A stretch of 63,997 nt of DNA, filler included, from Asterionella formosa (GCA_002256025.1; 4 parts of 4 records of this genome joined end to end with filler, not necessarily neighbours in it), one strand, 5' to 3'. Shown: positions 37,022-48,917, numbered from the whole stretch's first letter. Numbers and translations: made by a program. The notes: generated from the sequence alone by a model not told the origin.

Positions 37022-37095
37022 GCCGGCGTAGCTCAGCTGGTTAGAGCGTGGGTCTAATAAACCCAAGGTCGTGGGTTCGATCCCCACCGCTGGTA
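37022..37095 (+). tRNA. trnI: tRNA-Ile (anticodon AAT)
   Basis: Full cloverleaf: acceptor GCCGGCG/CGCTGGT, D-arm GCTC..GAGC, anticodon stem TGGGT-CTAATAA-ACCCA, T-loop GGTTCGATCC. Followed by a T6 Pol III terminator. Confidence 0.95.
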
Positions 37096-38495
37096 TCCTT
37101 TTTTGGCATCATCCATGATGAATTGAGCATAGTCGAAAGTCCGATTCATTTCAGCTGTACTCTTTCATAAATATGGGTACAGAAATTCAATTTTTCGAAG
37201 GCTTTTTCGAGGAAGCAAACATTCAACCTTACATGACTTTTGAGAATCAATCTGGGGGTGTAAGTATTTTGTACTCTGGAACCAGTTCCTACCTGCTGGC
37301 TGATATTACTTATTTTGTACACCTACAAGGAGTATTTGTGTATCTCAAAGGCATACAAATGTGAACAATTAACCTGCACAATTTTGAGCTAAGAAGTTAT
37401 GAAGGCGAAAATAATTTGGCTAGTCTAGTACAAAAACAGAGCAGCAAGGAATCCTTGGTAGTCCAGCTGCACAGGCTTCCACGTTCCCTGTCAGGAGTTG
37501 TCAGAAAAAAGCATGGTCACCATGGCAAAAAGCAATTGCTCTGGTCTGTTCACAATGATACTAGCAAACCGCTGATATCATCTTTGTCTTGATGCAGCGC
37601 AACAAAGGCAACCAAAGGGAGCAATCTAATTACAGAAAAATGAGGAAAATACAAACATGAACAGTGTTAGCACATTATGATCTCATTGCAGTGGAAATGT
37701 GATGTTACAAAAGTTGGAGACATTTGAAACAAAGCAAGCCAAGGCAAGGAAAACAGCCCACATGGTGTAAAAGGAAAAGAAAGGCCAATCACAGCAAGAA
37801 ATAACAGCAGATATAGCCTTTGCATTGATCCTCAAAGTCGACCAGGGAAACATCAAGAGTGGAAATCCAGATGACAAAATGAAAGAAAGAAGAGGCAATT
37901 ACTGGAGTCACACTGCCACATAAAGGCATCACCACAAACAGCAAATAAAGTTGAATTTCATCCTAAAAGGACCGAAAATGGCAAACACATAGAGAAATCT
38001 TCACTGATGTCATCCCATATGGTACAGTGGAATACAAGTTTATCAATCAACAAGCTACATGTCAATGTGAATGAAAGCATGCTACCACAATCCCAGATTG
38101 TGAAACCTTATGATGTAAAGGCGAGAAAAATCCAAGAGGAGTCCAACACTAAGCAAAATGTAGAATGTTCCAAGATGACCACAAGATTATCAATGGTTCA
38201 CTGGGGACTGAAGATTTGTGCCAATGTGAAGATAACAAAGTCAATAGAGGACCACGAAATAGATTCCTATACCCACATCCTGAATCATTTGAACTGACGG
38301 AAAAATGCGTTGCTAACTCCAATTGACTGTGGTAGGACCAGCATTTCGTCTGCAACAATGATTGGATTGTGGGGGTCATGCCGCCAATCATCTGTAACTA
38401 TTTTAACTTGAAAGTTAGCAAAGTTCTTCCTTTCCAGTTCTGTAATGGGTCCCTTATTCACAAAAGTGATACAAGTCACATTGATTGTAACAGGT

Positions 38496-39197
38496 TCAGA
38501 TGGATTGCTCATTTTTATCATCAGATGATTCCTCTCTCAGTTCTGACTGGTGCATATTTGGCAGTCGTGGTGGATGGTCCTCATTCTCGTCCGTATTCTT
38601 GATTTCTTGTTTCTTATTTCCTTTCTTGGCAATTGTCTTTTTATTTTTCATCGCATTATCAGCCTTGATAATATACGGCATTCGTTGTGCTGGATTCATG
38701 CTGTGCCATAGTTTTATTAACTCGTGCTTGACTTTCTTGCTCCCGAATTCTTGAGCTAAGCGGTCTCCGTGTTCTTGAGCCAACCAAAACATTGGTAGTT
38801 TCCCTCTCGTCCTGGGTATAGATGGCTTCTTAATCGAAGGTATTAGTTCGGTCCCCACGCCATTTATTATTAACAGCTGTTCGAGATAATCGACACGCTT
38901 TTGAACTTGACACATGCTTTCATAACTTTTGACGACGAGATCCGAAAGTTGTTCTTGACGTATTGACGCTTGAATCGATTCGGGAGACGCTTCGGTTAAA
39001 TTCCATGATTCAGGTTTTGCGGGAGTAGCTGAAATGCGTTCCAAGGTTGCCGCTTGTTGCAGAAACAGGTCGGAATGTTTTCGAAACATGTCAGCTGCCA
39101 AGCGAAGGAGCAAGGGAGAATGATCATGTTTGGAAAAGTAGAGCTGTTGAGAATCACGCTCGGTGTCGTCGTCCTTTTCATCAAGTTTACTGCTCAT
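38496..39197 (-). CDS. Protein with degenerate HMG-box-like domain, ~233 aa (may extend into the gap)
   Basis: PRTRGKLPMFWLAQEH...ELIKLWHSMNPAQRMPYIIKA resembles HMG-box helices (W-x2-M/L-x3-E/Q-K/R-x-PY). Confidence 0.55.
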   Translation of the reverse strand: MSSKLDEKDDDTERDSQQLYFSKHDHSPLLLRLAADMFRKHSDLFLQQAATLERISATPAKPESWNLTEASPESIQASIRQEQLSDLVVKSYESMCQVQKRVDYLEQLLIINGVGTELIPSIKKPSIPRTRGKLPMFWLAQEHGDRLAQEFGSKKVKHELIKLWHSMNPAQRMPYIIKADNAMKNKKTIAKKGNKKQEIKNTDENEDHPPRLPNMHQSELREESSDDKNEQSI

Positions 39198-39202
39198 CGT
39201 AA

Positions 39203-39951
39203 NNNNNNNNNNNNNNNNNNNNNNNNNNNNNNNNNNNNNNNNNNNNNNNNNNNNNNNNNNNNNNNNNNNNNNNNNNNNNNNNNNNNNNNNNNNNNNNNNN
39301 NNNNNNNNNNNNNNNNNNNNNNNNNNNNNNNNNNNNNNNNNNNNNNNNNNNNNNNNNNNNNNNNNNNNNNNNNNNNNNNNNNNNNNNNNNNNNNNNNNNN
39401 NNNNNNNNNNNNNNNNNNNNNNNNNNNNNNNNNNNNNNNNNNNNNNNNNNNNNNNNNNNNNNNNNNNNNNNNNNNNNNNNNNNNNNNNNNNNNNNNNNNN
39501 NNNNNNNNNNNNNNNNNNNNNNNNNNNNNNNNNNNNNNNNNNNNNNNNNNNNNNNNNNNNNNNNNNNNNNNNNNNNNNNNNNNNNNNNNNNNNNNNNNNN
39601 NNNNNNNNNNNNNNNNNNNNNNNNNNNNNNNNNNNNNNNNNNNNNNNNNNNNNNNNNNNNNNNNNNNNNNNNNNNNNNNNNNNNNNNNNNNNNNNNNNNN
39701 NNNNNNNNNNNNNNNNNNNNNNNNNNNNNNNNNNNNNNNNNNNNNNNNNNNNNNNNNNNNNNNNNNNNNNNNNNNNNNNNNNNNNNNNNNNNNNNNNNNN
39801 NNNNNNNNNNNNNNNNNNNNNNNNNNNNNNNNNNNNNNNNNNNNNNNNNNNNNNNNNNNNNNNNNNNNNNNNNNNNNNNNNNNNNNNNNNNNNNNNNNNN
39901 NNNNNNNNNNNNNNNNNNNNNNNNNNNNNNNNNNNNNNNNNNNNNNNNNNN
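39203..39951. other. Assembly gap (N run) in a divergent promoter
   Basis: N run between the HMG-like and proteasome start codons. Confidence 0.95.
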
Positions 39952-39959
39952 ATTGGACC

Positions 39960-40737
39960 ATGACGATGACAATTGAGCGCTCCGTACCTTCCTCCTCTCA
40001 CTACCCTGGCATGAAGCCAGGTGAGCTCTCTTCGGGTACAACTATTATGGCAGTTCCATTTGAAGGAGGCGTCGTCCTTGGAGCGGATTCACGTGTATCG
40101 ACTGGCACCTACATTGCCAATAGAGTCTCTGACAAGATTGCTCAGCTTTCAGAACACATCTTCTGCTGCCGATCAGGATCTGCAGCGGATACTCAGGCGT
40201 TGACAGACTATGTAAAATACTACCTGAATCAACTCAGGTGAGTGAACTGGAATTAACAAAGTGCTCAACGATCAGATTTGATTACACCCTGATGAAAGAA
40301 TTCTATCTCACTCGTTCACTTTCGTCAACAGCATCGAATCAGGGCGTCCACCACTAGTAAAGGTCGCCGCTCACTTGATGCGCAAAATGTGTTACGGAAA
40401 CAAGGATAAACTGAGTGCTGGAGTCATTGTTGCAGGATGGGACCCCGTGCATGGGGGCCAAGTCTTCAACATTCCTCTTGGAGGTTCCATGCTTCAAATG
40501 CCCTTTGCTATTGGAGGGTCGGGATCTACCTACATTTATGGATTGGTTGATAGCGATTTTAGGGAAGGCATGACAGCGCAAGAAACGCGTACCTTGGTCA
40601 AAAAGGCGATTAGTCATGCCATGGCAAGAGATGGCAGTTCTGGAGGAGTAATCAGAACAGTCGTGGTTACGCCAGAGGGAAATGATCGTGATTACACACC
40701 GGGCAATCAGCTTCCTTATGGACCAGCTGGATGGTAG
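39960..40737 (+). CDS. PSMB6: 20S proteasome subunit beta-1 (PRE3/PSMB6), 2 exons (39960-40237, 40332-40737), ~227 aa
   Basis: Propeptide cleavage [45 protein letters not shown]. Confidence 0.95.
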
Positions 40738-41192
40738 ACTCAGTGGTAGGTTGAAGCATTGCCTAAAAAGCAGAGTCGACAGCAACGAATGGAATCTTCA
40801 AAATGTAAAGCTATTTCGAACAAACAGTGTCTGTCAATTCTGTCATTGTTTTCTGCTGTCACTGAAAACTTGGACACCTTCGTGTTTGCCTAAAGTTTAT
40901 GTAACAATCATTACCTTATGAAGGGAAGGATTCAGCGTACATTTTTTTGCAATCAAAATTAATAGTATCATTTTATAACCTTGTTGTGAGTAGTGAAGTG
41001 TCCATCTTAATCCCTACCTGGGCCATTCCTGTCATTAATCAATTATGCGATCAGAGCAACAGGTCAGACCCAAACGCTCTGGTGCGAGACCCTCTGCTAA
41101 CAAAATACAGCCAAACTTACTTAGATGCTTATTAGTTTTCACAATACAAATGCTAAAGTATGAATCGACTTTGGAACAATGAATAAATGCAT

Positions 41193-42410
41193 TCAAGCAT
41201 TCGTCTGCAATTTTGTTGCCGAAGCCACCAGCATGCGTAATGTGGCTGCAGGAAGAACACCCATATCCCGTGGCACCATCAGTTGGTCCTCCAAGTTGGC
41301 CGCAACGTCTTTGGCATTCACAGACAGCTGCTTTGTAGTGTCCCCTGTGAGCAGGACAGCAATCACCTCCCGAAGTGCTTCGTCAATCTCGTTCTCACTC
41401 AAAGTCCCCAGACGTGAGACAGTGTCTGCCATGATAGAATCACGATTACGTACTATAAATTGCACGCATTCTTCTTCTGGAGTGTTTGACATCCATGGCT
41501 TGTTGTTTATGTACTGTTTCCACACCATTTTAGCATTTAGACTTTTTCGATTGGTTGGAATCACTGTCCCACGAACCGGAAGCAAGTCCACCTTTGGAAC
41601 ATCTCCGTTTTGAACAGCTTGCGAAAGGACCTTGGCCCAAGTGGCCCGATCTCCAGCTACTCGACAAGAATAGCTAGGTACCAATTCCTCCATTGCATTG
41701 TACCATTCCTTTAATGCTTCATACTCCCTCGATCGTGGCACGAGCGAGGATCCATCATGAACTAATGGTAACTGAGCAGCAAATCTTTCTAAAAAGGGTG
41801 CCCACACAACATCAGCCGCAGAAACAAAACTCCCACACAGGAAAGGACCATCGTCGTACTCCTCCAATACTTCGTCCGTTTCCTCCAAAGTCACCATGTG
41901 ATCGTTCACAGATACCAAATCACCAGTTTCTCGAAAAAGAAAGGGGGCATGAATCGACGACATTGTGTTGCGAGGAAAGACTCCTTTGAAACGTACAATG
42001 TTGCACCGTACATTGTCCACGGCTTTGGAAACCCTCCGAAACAAATCTGGGCCTTTCTGAGGAAATGTTGACTGTACACGTTCCAAAATTTCCAGAGAGT
42101 CTGTTTGTACTGTTCCGTCCGGCCATTTCAAGCGGGGTGTATTATCCTCTCCGGACGTGAGAATTGTCACATATGAAATGCCCTTGATCTCCAAGGCAAG
42201 CCATACCTGCTGTGAGTACGGACACCAACTTTGCTCGTCGCGATACAGAACAAGTGGTTCATTTTCGTTCATTTCGTGGTTGCCATCATAGAATGATTCC
42301 GGAAGCTTTTCTTTGTAAACTGGAGGTAAGGCACTCGGTAATTGAGACTCTAGTGCAGTCCACGTTGGTAGAGCGAGCGACAGCGACCAAATAAAGCTGA
42401 AGAGCGCCAT
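41193..42410 (-). CDS. Cys-type glutathione S-transferase-like protein with N-terminal signal peptide, 405 aa
   Basis: LVLYRDEQSWCPYSQQVWLALEIKGI (thioredoxin-fold CPYS), DSLEIL, and GPFLCGSFVSAADVVWAPFLERF (GST C-domain). Confidence 0.8.
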   Translation of the reverse strand: MALFSFIWSLSLALPTWTALESQLPSALPPVYKEKLPESFYDGNHEMNENEPLVLYRDEQSWCPYSQQVWLALEIKGISYVTILTSGEDNTPRLKWPDGTVQTDSLEILERVQSTFPQKGPDLFRRVSKAVDNVRCNIVRFKGVFPRNTMSSIHAPFLFRETGDLVSVNDHMVTLEETDEVLEEYDDGPFLCGSFVSAADVVWAPFLERFAAQLPLVHDGSSLVPRSREYEALKEWYNAMEELVPSYSCRVAGDRATWAKVLSQAVQNGDVPKVDLLPVRGTVIPTNRKSLNAKMVWKQYINNKPWMSNTPEEECVQFIVRNRDSIMADTVSRLGTLSENEIDEALREVIAVLLTGDTTKQLSVNAKDVAANLEDQLMVPRDMGVLPAATLRMLVASATKLQTNA

Positions 42411-42566
42411 GTGATGATGTTCATTAATTTAGTGTTAGATCGAGATTTTGTTTCGCGAAATCCACCGAGAGAAATGGACGATGTAATTTGTGCATCGGCT
42501 CGCAAAATGGTTCACAATGATAAAAAGGTCCGTTAAAACACGGTTGAAACTAGTCTGTTGGAAACA

Positions 42567-42712
42567 TACCAGTACTGGTACCTTGCATGTTGTGTGGCTG
42601 TACCGGTACTGAGAACTAGGTACCAGTACCCCCCTGATACCAGGTGCCAGGTACCAGGTACCATATCAGGGCGTACATGGTACCAGGTACCTTGTACCAG
42701 TTCCAAGGTACT
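42567..42712. promoter_or_regulatory. Dense GTAC/GGTACC/(CCAGGTA)n cluster in the GST/LRR divergent promoter
   Basis: About a dozen GTAC sites in ~150 bp. The same motif class is seen upstream of most genes in the window. A regulatory role is inferred from position only. Confidence 0.4.
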
Positions 42713-43078
42713 CCTATATGGGCTCGCTCACGATGCATTGGTGTTTGTAACAGCAAATTGCGGTCATTTTGGGTATTTGATGTGGACGGACCATCGCTCG
42801 GGATCGGGACAATAGGTAGTGAACAAACCGCCGTGCTCAGTTCTTTCCTGAATCCCATGATGCTCATTGATGGTGACGAGCAACGAGCATCAAGCATGGC
42901 GATATACGGTAGACGTTTTCTTACACACATTTTTATTTTTTAAAATTCAGAAAAATAATATAATAGAGGTCAGACTTTGCAAGAAATCCTGATTCGTTGC
43001 TTGCTTGTTGCGTTGCTTTTCCATTCGAAGGTTTTGGATACATTTTATTCTCCTTTACATAGTTCTATTGTCAACACT

Positions 43079-45201
43079 ATGCACACTTATTCAAGTGGTA
43101 AAGAAAGCAGAGATATGGAACGAACCTCTGCAATAATGGATCTGGATCCACCTTCCATCCACGACTGTTCGCAAAGAAGTGCCCTACAGCGGATGCCGAG
43201 TCACCCCGGTGATTATGTCGTAAATGAACCATATACTCATGCCTTAAATAAGCGTCATCGCCCAGATGAAGATCCTGGATCGTTGCATCCTCCTCAATTT
43301 CTTAGAGCACAAGCACCTTTGCATCTCGACGATCGACAAGCTGCACTCGAACATGTTTTGGAAGCTGAAAAAGGTGTAGTAGTCATTGATTCAAACTTCG
43401 AATATGCTCCACTGACCACTCTTACATTAGACAGATTGCTGAGTCCAGTTGGATGTTGGCCAGTCAACACACCGCAAACTAACATACCAGACACTGTAAT
43501 TGACACCCTAATTGTGGCGGTTGAAATTCACGAAGGTGAGGACAGGGAATCCAGCGAACGATTGATCTATGCAATTGAATACGATCCGAATAGCAAACCA
43601 TCTCGTTATCAGTTGCAAAGATTACATTTTTACGCGCTTGCAGTGCTATCCATTGTTGTTGCCGTGGTTATTGCCGTCTCTGTAAGCGCTCATGTGACGA
43701 AGTCAAGAATTGACCCCACTATGACCCCGACATCGAGTCCAAGCTCGGCGCAACAACACATGTTCAAGGAAGCATTTGCGAAACTTGTAGGCGATATTGT
43801 ATTTGACGAAACTACGCCTTACTATCGAGCGGCTCTCTGGATTTTTGAATCTGATCCTCTACATTTGGATTTAAGCGATTCAAATTTGATACAGAGGTTC
43901 ACCGCCGTTTTGTTTTACATGTTGACAGTGGGGAATGCAGGAATTTGGAAAACTTGCAATCCATCAAATGAAAATGAAACTAACAGTTGTACATATTTAC
44001 CCATCGCCGATTACTCTTCCGACATGGCCTTTGGAGATCCAGTTTCTGCGACGCGTTGGTTAAGTGGAACGCACGAATGCGAGTGGTTGGGTGTGACGTG
44101 TGATGAGTTCAACTCCATTCGTGAGCTTAAGTTGAGTGAGTTCTATTCATGACTTTTGGAAAGATCACGTTTCTTTGATCTAGTCGCGACTAATCTTCGT
44201 TTTCCATATCCTCTAACAATGATAGGTGCTTTAGGCATTGGAGGGACTATTCCTACGGAAATTTCCAGCCTTCTGGACCTCAAGGTGCTGCAGTTGTCAT
44301 ATAACGACCTCACCGGAACACTCCCCTCTGATTTAGTGCAAAATAAGAATTTGCTCAGGCTCGAGGTTCATTACAACTCCTTATCGGGAAGTCTACCTTT
44401 TGCTATCTTTGGAATGGGAAATCTCCAGGTCTTTAACTTCGAGAACAATGCCTTTACCGGTTCCATCCCATCTGCAATTGGAGGCATGAAGAACCTCAAA
44501 GGCCTCTTTCTGGCCGGCAATATGTTTTCCGGTCACATTCCATCGGAAATCGGACGCTGCAACGAATTGATTTTCGCTCACATAGAACGGAATCAATTTA
44601 CTGGTCAGATTCCGACCGAAATGGGGTTACTCAAGCATATGCGCGAGTTTTGGGCGGGGGAAAATTTCCTATCGGGCACCTTGCCTTCGGAAATAGGGAC
44701 AATGCTTGAGCTTGGTGAGTTTGATCAATATAATGCGCTACATTCGATCCCATCATTTATTAACTCGTCCATTACTCCTTTATTTTACTAGAATCGCTTG
44801 TACTTATGGGTGGCACAACAGCTGGGACCATCCCTGAAGAATTCTACAACGCCAGTCGCCTTCGCGATGTGGATTTGTTGGATATGAATTTGATTGGGAC
44901 AATCAGCTCGAGAGTGATGGGTCTTCAGGGCCTTCATCGATTTCGTGTCCGTGGAAACAATTTTACTGGCGAGATCCCGGTCGAATTTGCTTCCATTGCT
45001 GTCTTGGAACTGGCATGGTTTCACCTTAATGACTTTTCTGGGTCAATGCCAGCAGAAATATGCCGAATGCGAAACGATCAATTTTTGACGCAGTTAGACA
45101 CAGATTGTAGCCCTGATGAGGGCATCCCAGCCTTTGGGTGCGATTGCTGCACTGTTTGCTGTGTTCGGAAGACAGCGGTTTGCACTAAGACTTATGATTA
45201 G
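43079..45201 (+). CDS. Type II membrane leucine-rich-repeat receptor-like protein, 3 exons (43079-44135, 44226-44714, 44792-45201), ~651 aa
   Basis: TM ALAVLSIVVAVVIAVSV, LRRNT-like WLSGTHECEWLGVTC, plant-type LRRs (LxxLxLxxNxLxGxIP) and C-terminal CDCCTVCC. GT-AG introns are in frame. Confidence 0.88.
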
Positions 45202-45354
45202 ACGTTGAATTGTCGGGCGCTGAGGGATTTATGTTTCAAAACGAGAAAATATAATTTTTTACCCATTTGCAAACCTATTATAAAGTACGGATTGTTGAAA
45301 GCGACACCTCGCGATGCGTACTACTACATACTCAAATGTCTTGATACGAATATG

Positions 45355-47898
45355 CTAGTATGCTGTATTAGATGGAATGACTACCTTCTTGCCTGTTCGG
45401 TAGTAACCCAGTCCTCGTTCTCCCAATTTGAACTCGAACCCTGCCATTCTCCCAATCCACTTTGGCGAGGGTTGATAATCATCATCACCGACGTCGATAA
45501 TGTGACCATTGACATCTAATTCTACAACATCAAACTTTCTCCTGAACTTGATTGTGGCAGATGTGATGCTTAAGTCAACAGGGTTTCTCCACGGATGCAC
45601 CACTCCACCTCCGAGTAGCTTGGCTTCATCGTCACTTACAATGGGGCAGCCAATCTTGCGCAAAATCTCTTCTTCATCTTTTTCCAAAGGTAATGATCTA
45701 GTGTCTGTGTGCTTCTTGGAACTTTTCCTGTTAACAACATAAGATTGACGGGCTCCTTCTCCTAGATACGCCATAGCGTCCTCTTCATCGTCGCTTAAGG
45801 GCATTTCGCCAGCATCCATCAACTCACCAGCCAGGAGCTTTTGACGATCTGCCTCCGCTTCTTCTCTTGTCTTTGTCTCGCCATCGGCAACTTGAAGAAC
45901 GTCCAATACGTTTTCAAGCAAATCAGCATCTTCATCATCAACTGCTACCTCCGCTTCACTCTCTTGATCAACAGTGATACCCTCCTCAACCTTGACCTGT
46001 TTTGATTCTTTCAATCCATCGTTGCCTTCATCGTCTCGTTTGCGCTTCTTGTTGTCTCCAGAATCATCTACTTCTTCCTTGACGACATCTTCTACCACTG
46101 CAGCTGCAGCAGCTGCTGCCACTTCGTCGTTCTTTTTCTTCTGGATAGCAGCTGTTCTGGCTGCCATTTTCTCTTTAAGCTCTTGCAATTTTCGTAGACG
46201 TCGCTTTTCTTGTCGCTTCGGATCTGCATCTCGTATGCGACGTCGGCGTTTCATGGTCTCAACTTTTGTCGTCCCGACAGATTCGAATACTTCCTTGGGC
46301 AACTCCTTGACGTGAAATGACTTGACGACCAAGTCCATTCCCGGGATAAGTGGTTGAAATTTCGATAATTCCCATTCACGAAAATTGTTCATACTTAGTT
46401 CAACATTGAGTTGCGAACCACGCATTCGCATTGTGTCTACTTTAAAGCCCAGAAAATAAGTGATGCAATTTTCGCGTTGAGCTCTTGTAAGCAGAGCTCC
46501 CTTGTCAGCAACACAAACTTCCAATTTCTTGGGCCACAACTGAATCTTACTTAGGGGCAAGGACCTTCCCAAGAGATCACTGACAAGTTTTCGAAATCTC
46601 GATTCCACAAAACCAGCCCATGCTTGAGCATCTGCTTGTGTTGGTCCGACAATGCACAAACTCAAATAATTCGGATATGCAATAAAGAAATCACTTGGTT
46701 GAAACAATTCCCCCCAATCGAGCTGTGTTTTTGGATCAAGTTGATGTTGCCTCCACAAAGCATCAACAATTTCATGTCCCCGACAAAATTCCTCATGAAG
46801 AATTTGTAGCGTTTGCCTCGATACGGCCAGTGTACTATTCATGGCTGGGTATGCAGGTGTGATGATGGGTGCTATTTGCCGATGGGCCTGTTGTGTTGAC
46901 CACACCTGTACGCCCAGTCCCGCATCATGAGGTTTGGTCAACATGACGGGGTTGGGCCATCTCCATGATTTAAAGACTAAAAAGAATTTCCTAAGCAGCG
47001 ATGCCGGTGCATCTTCTGGGTAGAGTTGCACGCATAGTGCGACAGCGATGTTAATGTTAACTCCTCCCCAGTATCCCATTTTATTTGAGTACAAGCCTCG
47101 TGCCTTGGCCCATTTTCTGACACACCGCACGACCGCCAGAAACGTTTGGTATCGTTGCGGCGTTCCACTAACCAAGGCTGCGATCAAATTGGTGACACGA
47201 GGTCCGTTGACCGATTTTTCGGTGGCACTGTCCACTCCATCAAGAACCGAGTCGTGGTCAATGTCCAAGGTTGGCGGGACGCTGGCTGAATTCAATCTCG
47301 CAAACAACAAGTCAATATTAACTCCTTCCCAATCAAAGGTAAGAATGGGAACTGCAGCACCTTCAACGGGTACAAAGTTGGTAACATCTGGATGCGCCCG
47401 AATCCTCTCTGCCAAGGAGTGTGGATCCCTGATGCTCGGCGTGCCGTCTTCTTTTTCTTCCAATACTTCTCCAAAAAAGTCTGTTCGAGTGCACATGTTG
47501 GGAGCAACTAGAATAGTATCGATATCCGCCCCTGGCTCGTGCACCCCCAGTCGATAACTTCCCGACGTGAAAAGCTGTCCACCTGCGGCTTCCGCCACCT
47601 CTCTCGGTAGTCCTCGCTTGTGACAGACGTGCTGGATCCACTCTCGCGCGATTTGTCCCATGCGATTCAAGGCTCGTTCGCGTTTCTGAAGGCCCTGTGT
47701 CGTTTCTAGTGGCATGTTCTCGGTGGTGTAGATCTTGAGCGAGGCGTCAAATGTCAGTTCGATGGGAGATGGTGGACTGGCGTCTACCACAGGAAGTGCT
47801 GGAACGACGGTGCGACCTCCGACTTTGACGGACATGTCAATGACTTTTCGTTTGCCACTGTTGGCGACAGCAGTGGTGCTGGTGGTGCTCATGGACAT
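45355..47898 (-). CDS. PAP: Canonical poly(A) polymerase, 847 aa
   Basis: FTSGSYRLGVH..GADIDT nucleotidyltransferase motif, SVNGPRVT, WAKARGLYSNKMGYWGG, PIITPAYPAMNST, GFVESR. Confidence 0.95.
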   Translation of the reverse strand: MSMSTTSTTAVANSGKRKVIDMSVKVGGRTVVPALPVVDASPPSPIELTFDASLKIYTTENMPLETTQGLQKRERALNRMGQIAREWIQHVCHKRGLPREVAEAAGGQLFTSGSYRLGVHEPGADIDTILVAPNMCTRTDFFGEVLEEKEDGTPSIRDPHSLAERIRAHPDVTNFVPVEGAAVPILTFDWEGVNIDLLFARLNSASVPPTLDIDHDSVLDGVDSATEKSVNGPRVTNLIAALVSGTPQRYQTFLAVVRCVRKWAKARGLYSNKMGYWGGVNINIAVALCVQLYPEDAPASLLRKFFLVFKSWRWPNPVMLTKPHDAGLGVQVWSTQQAHRQIAPIITPAYPAMNSTLAVSRQTLQILHEEFCRGHEIVDALWRQHQLDPKTQLDWGELFQPSDFFIAYPNYLSLCIVGPTQADAQAWAGFVESRFRKLVSDLLGRSLPLSKIQLWPKKLEVCVADKGALLTRAQRENCITYFLGFKVDTMRMRGSQLNVELSMNNFREWELSKFQPLIPGMDLVVKSFHVKELPKEVFESVGTTKVETMKRRRRIRDADPKRQEKRRLRKLQELKEKMAARTAAIQKKKNDEVAAAAAAAVVEDVVKEEVDDSGDNKKRKRDDEGNDGLKESKQVKVEEGITVDQESEAEVAVDDEDADLLENVLDVLQVADGETKTREEAEADRQKLLAGELMDAGEMPLSDDEEDAMAYLGEGARQSYVVNRKSSKKHTDTRSLPLEKDEEEILRKIGCPIVSDDEAKLLGGGVVHPWRNPVDLSITSATIKFRRKFDVVELDVNGHIIDVGDDDYQPSPKWIGRMAGFEFKLGERGLGYYRTGKKVVIPSNTAY

Positions 47899-48002
47899 GC
47901 TTGATGGGTAGCTGTGTATGTGTATGTATACATAAATGGATGTGTGATGCTGCAGCCAGCAACAGGAGAAGTATGGCGATGTATGAGCCGAGTTTGGTGT
48001 TT

Positions 48003-48102
48003 NNNNNNNNNNNNNNNNNNNNNNNNNNNNNNNNNNNNNNNNNNNNTTAATTAATTAANNNNNNNNNNNNNNNNNNNNNNNNNNNNNNNNNNNNNNNNNN
48101 NN
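48003..48102. other. Artificial scaffold linker
   Basis: 44 N + TTAATTAATTAA + 44 N. Confidence 0.97.
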
Positions 48103-48917
48103 GGATGAGAATAATAAATGGATCGTTGTTGCTGTTGCTGTTGTTGTTGTTTATTGATGTTGTTCATGGTCCTTCTTGTTGCTTGGTTGTTGTTATATCT
48201 TGAATTCGGAGTTTACTGTATCGTAATAAGTAGAACGACGATGTGGCTGGAAATCAGTAATGGTATCAAATCCTCAGCATTCCCTTGTTCTCAATTTGCT
48301 TCGTCCCATCACCAGGCCTTGATGGGTTTACGGGCAGTACGGTGTTTCCGGTAGCAATACGGAAGTGCCAGTACATCTCATACAGGTACCAGGGTACTAC
48401 TACCAGTAAAAAACTGCATTGACCCACTGTTTTATCCCATTCGTTTGATTAATTGGACTAACACTTATCTCGCATTTCTCTTAAATTTGTTCAGAGGTTT
48501 CGATTTCATAAGGCGTTGGTACATTAGCATCCTGTTCCTAGTTAAATTGAACATATGGTTCAGAAGTTATCAACATTTATACAGACGTGAAATTCAGTTT
48601 CAATGGGTCAATGCAGTATATGAAAATTTTAACATACCTGAAAATATTTTTATATTCATGCTTGAACACAGATTATCCTGTTTGATTTTACCTAAAACCT
48701 TTTTTTGACATCAACACTTAAATATATATTGGATTGACATGAACTCGATTATTTGCTTCTCTTGTTGCACTTCTAATGTTTATTCCCTTCTTTGCTTGCA
48801 GGTACTGTTACTTAGGTACTTAGTAGTACTATAGCATCAACACTCCATGCCTGTCTGGTGTCTGGTTGTACCAGTGTACCAGCATCACTCATGCCACAGC
48901 ATCATTCTCCTCTGCTA

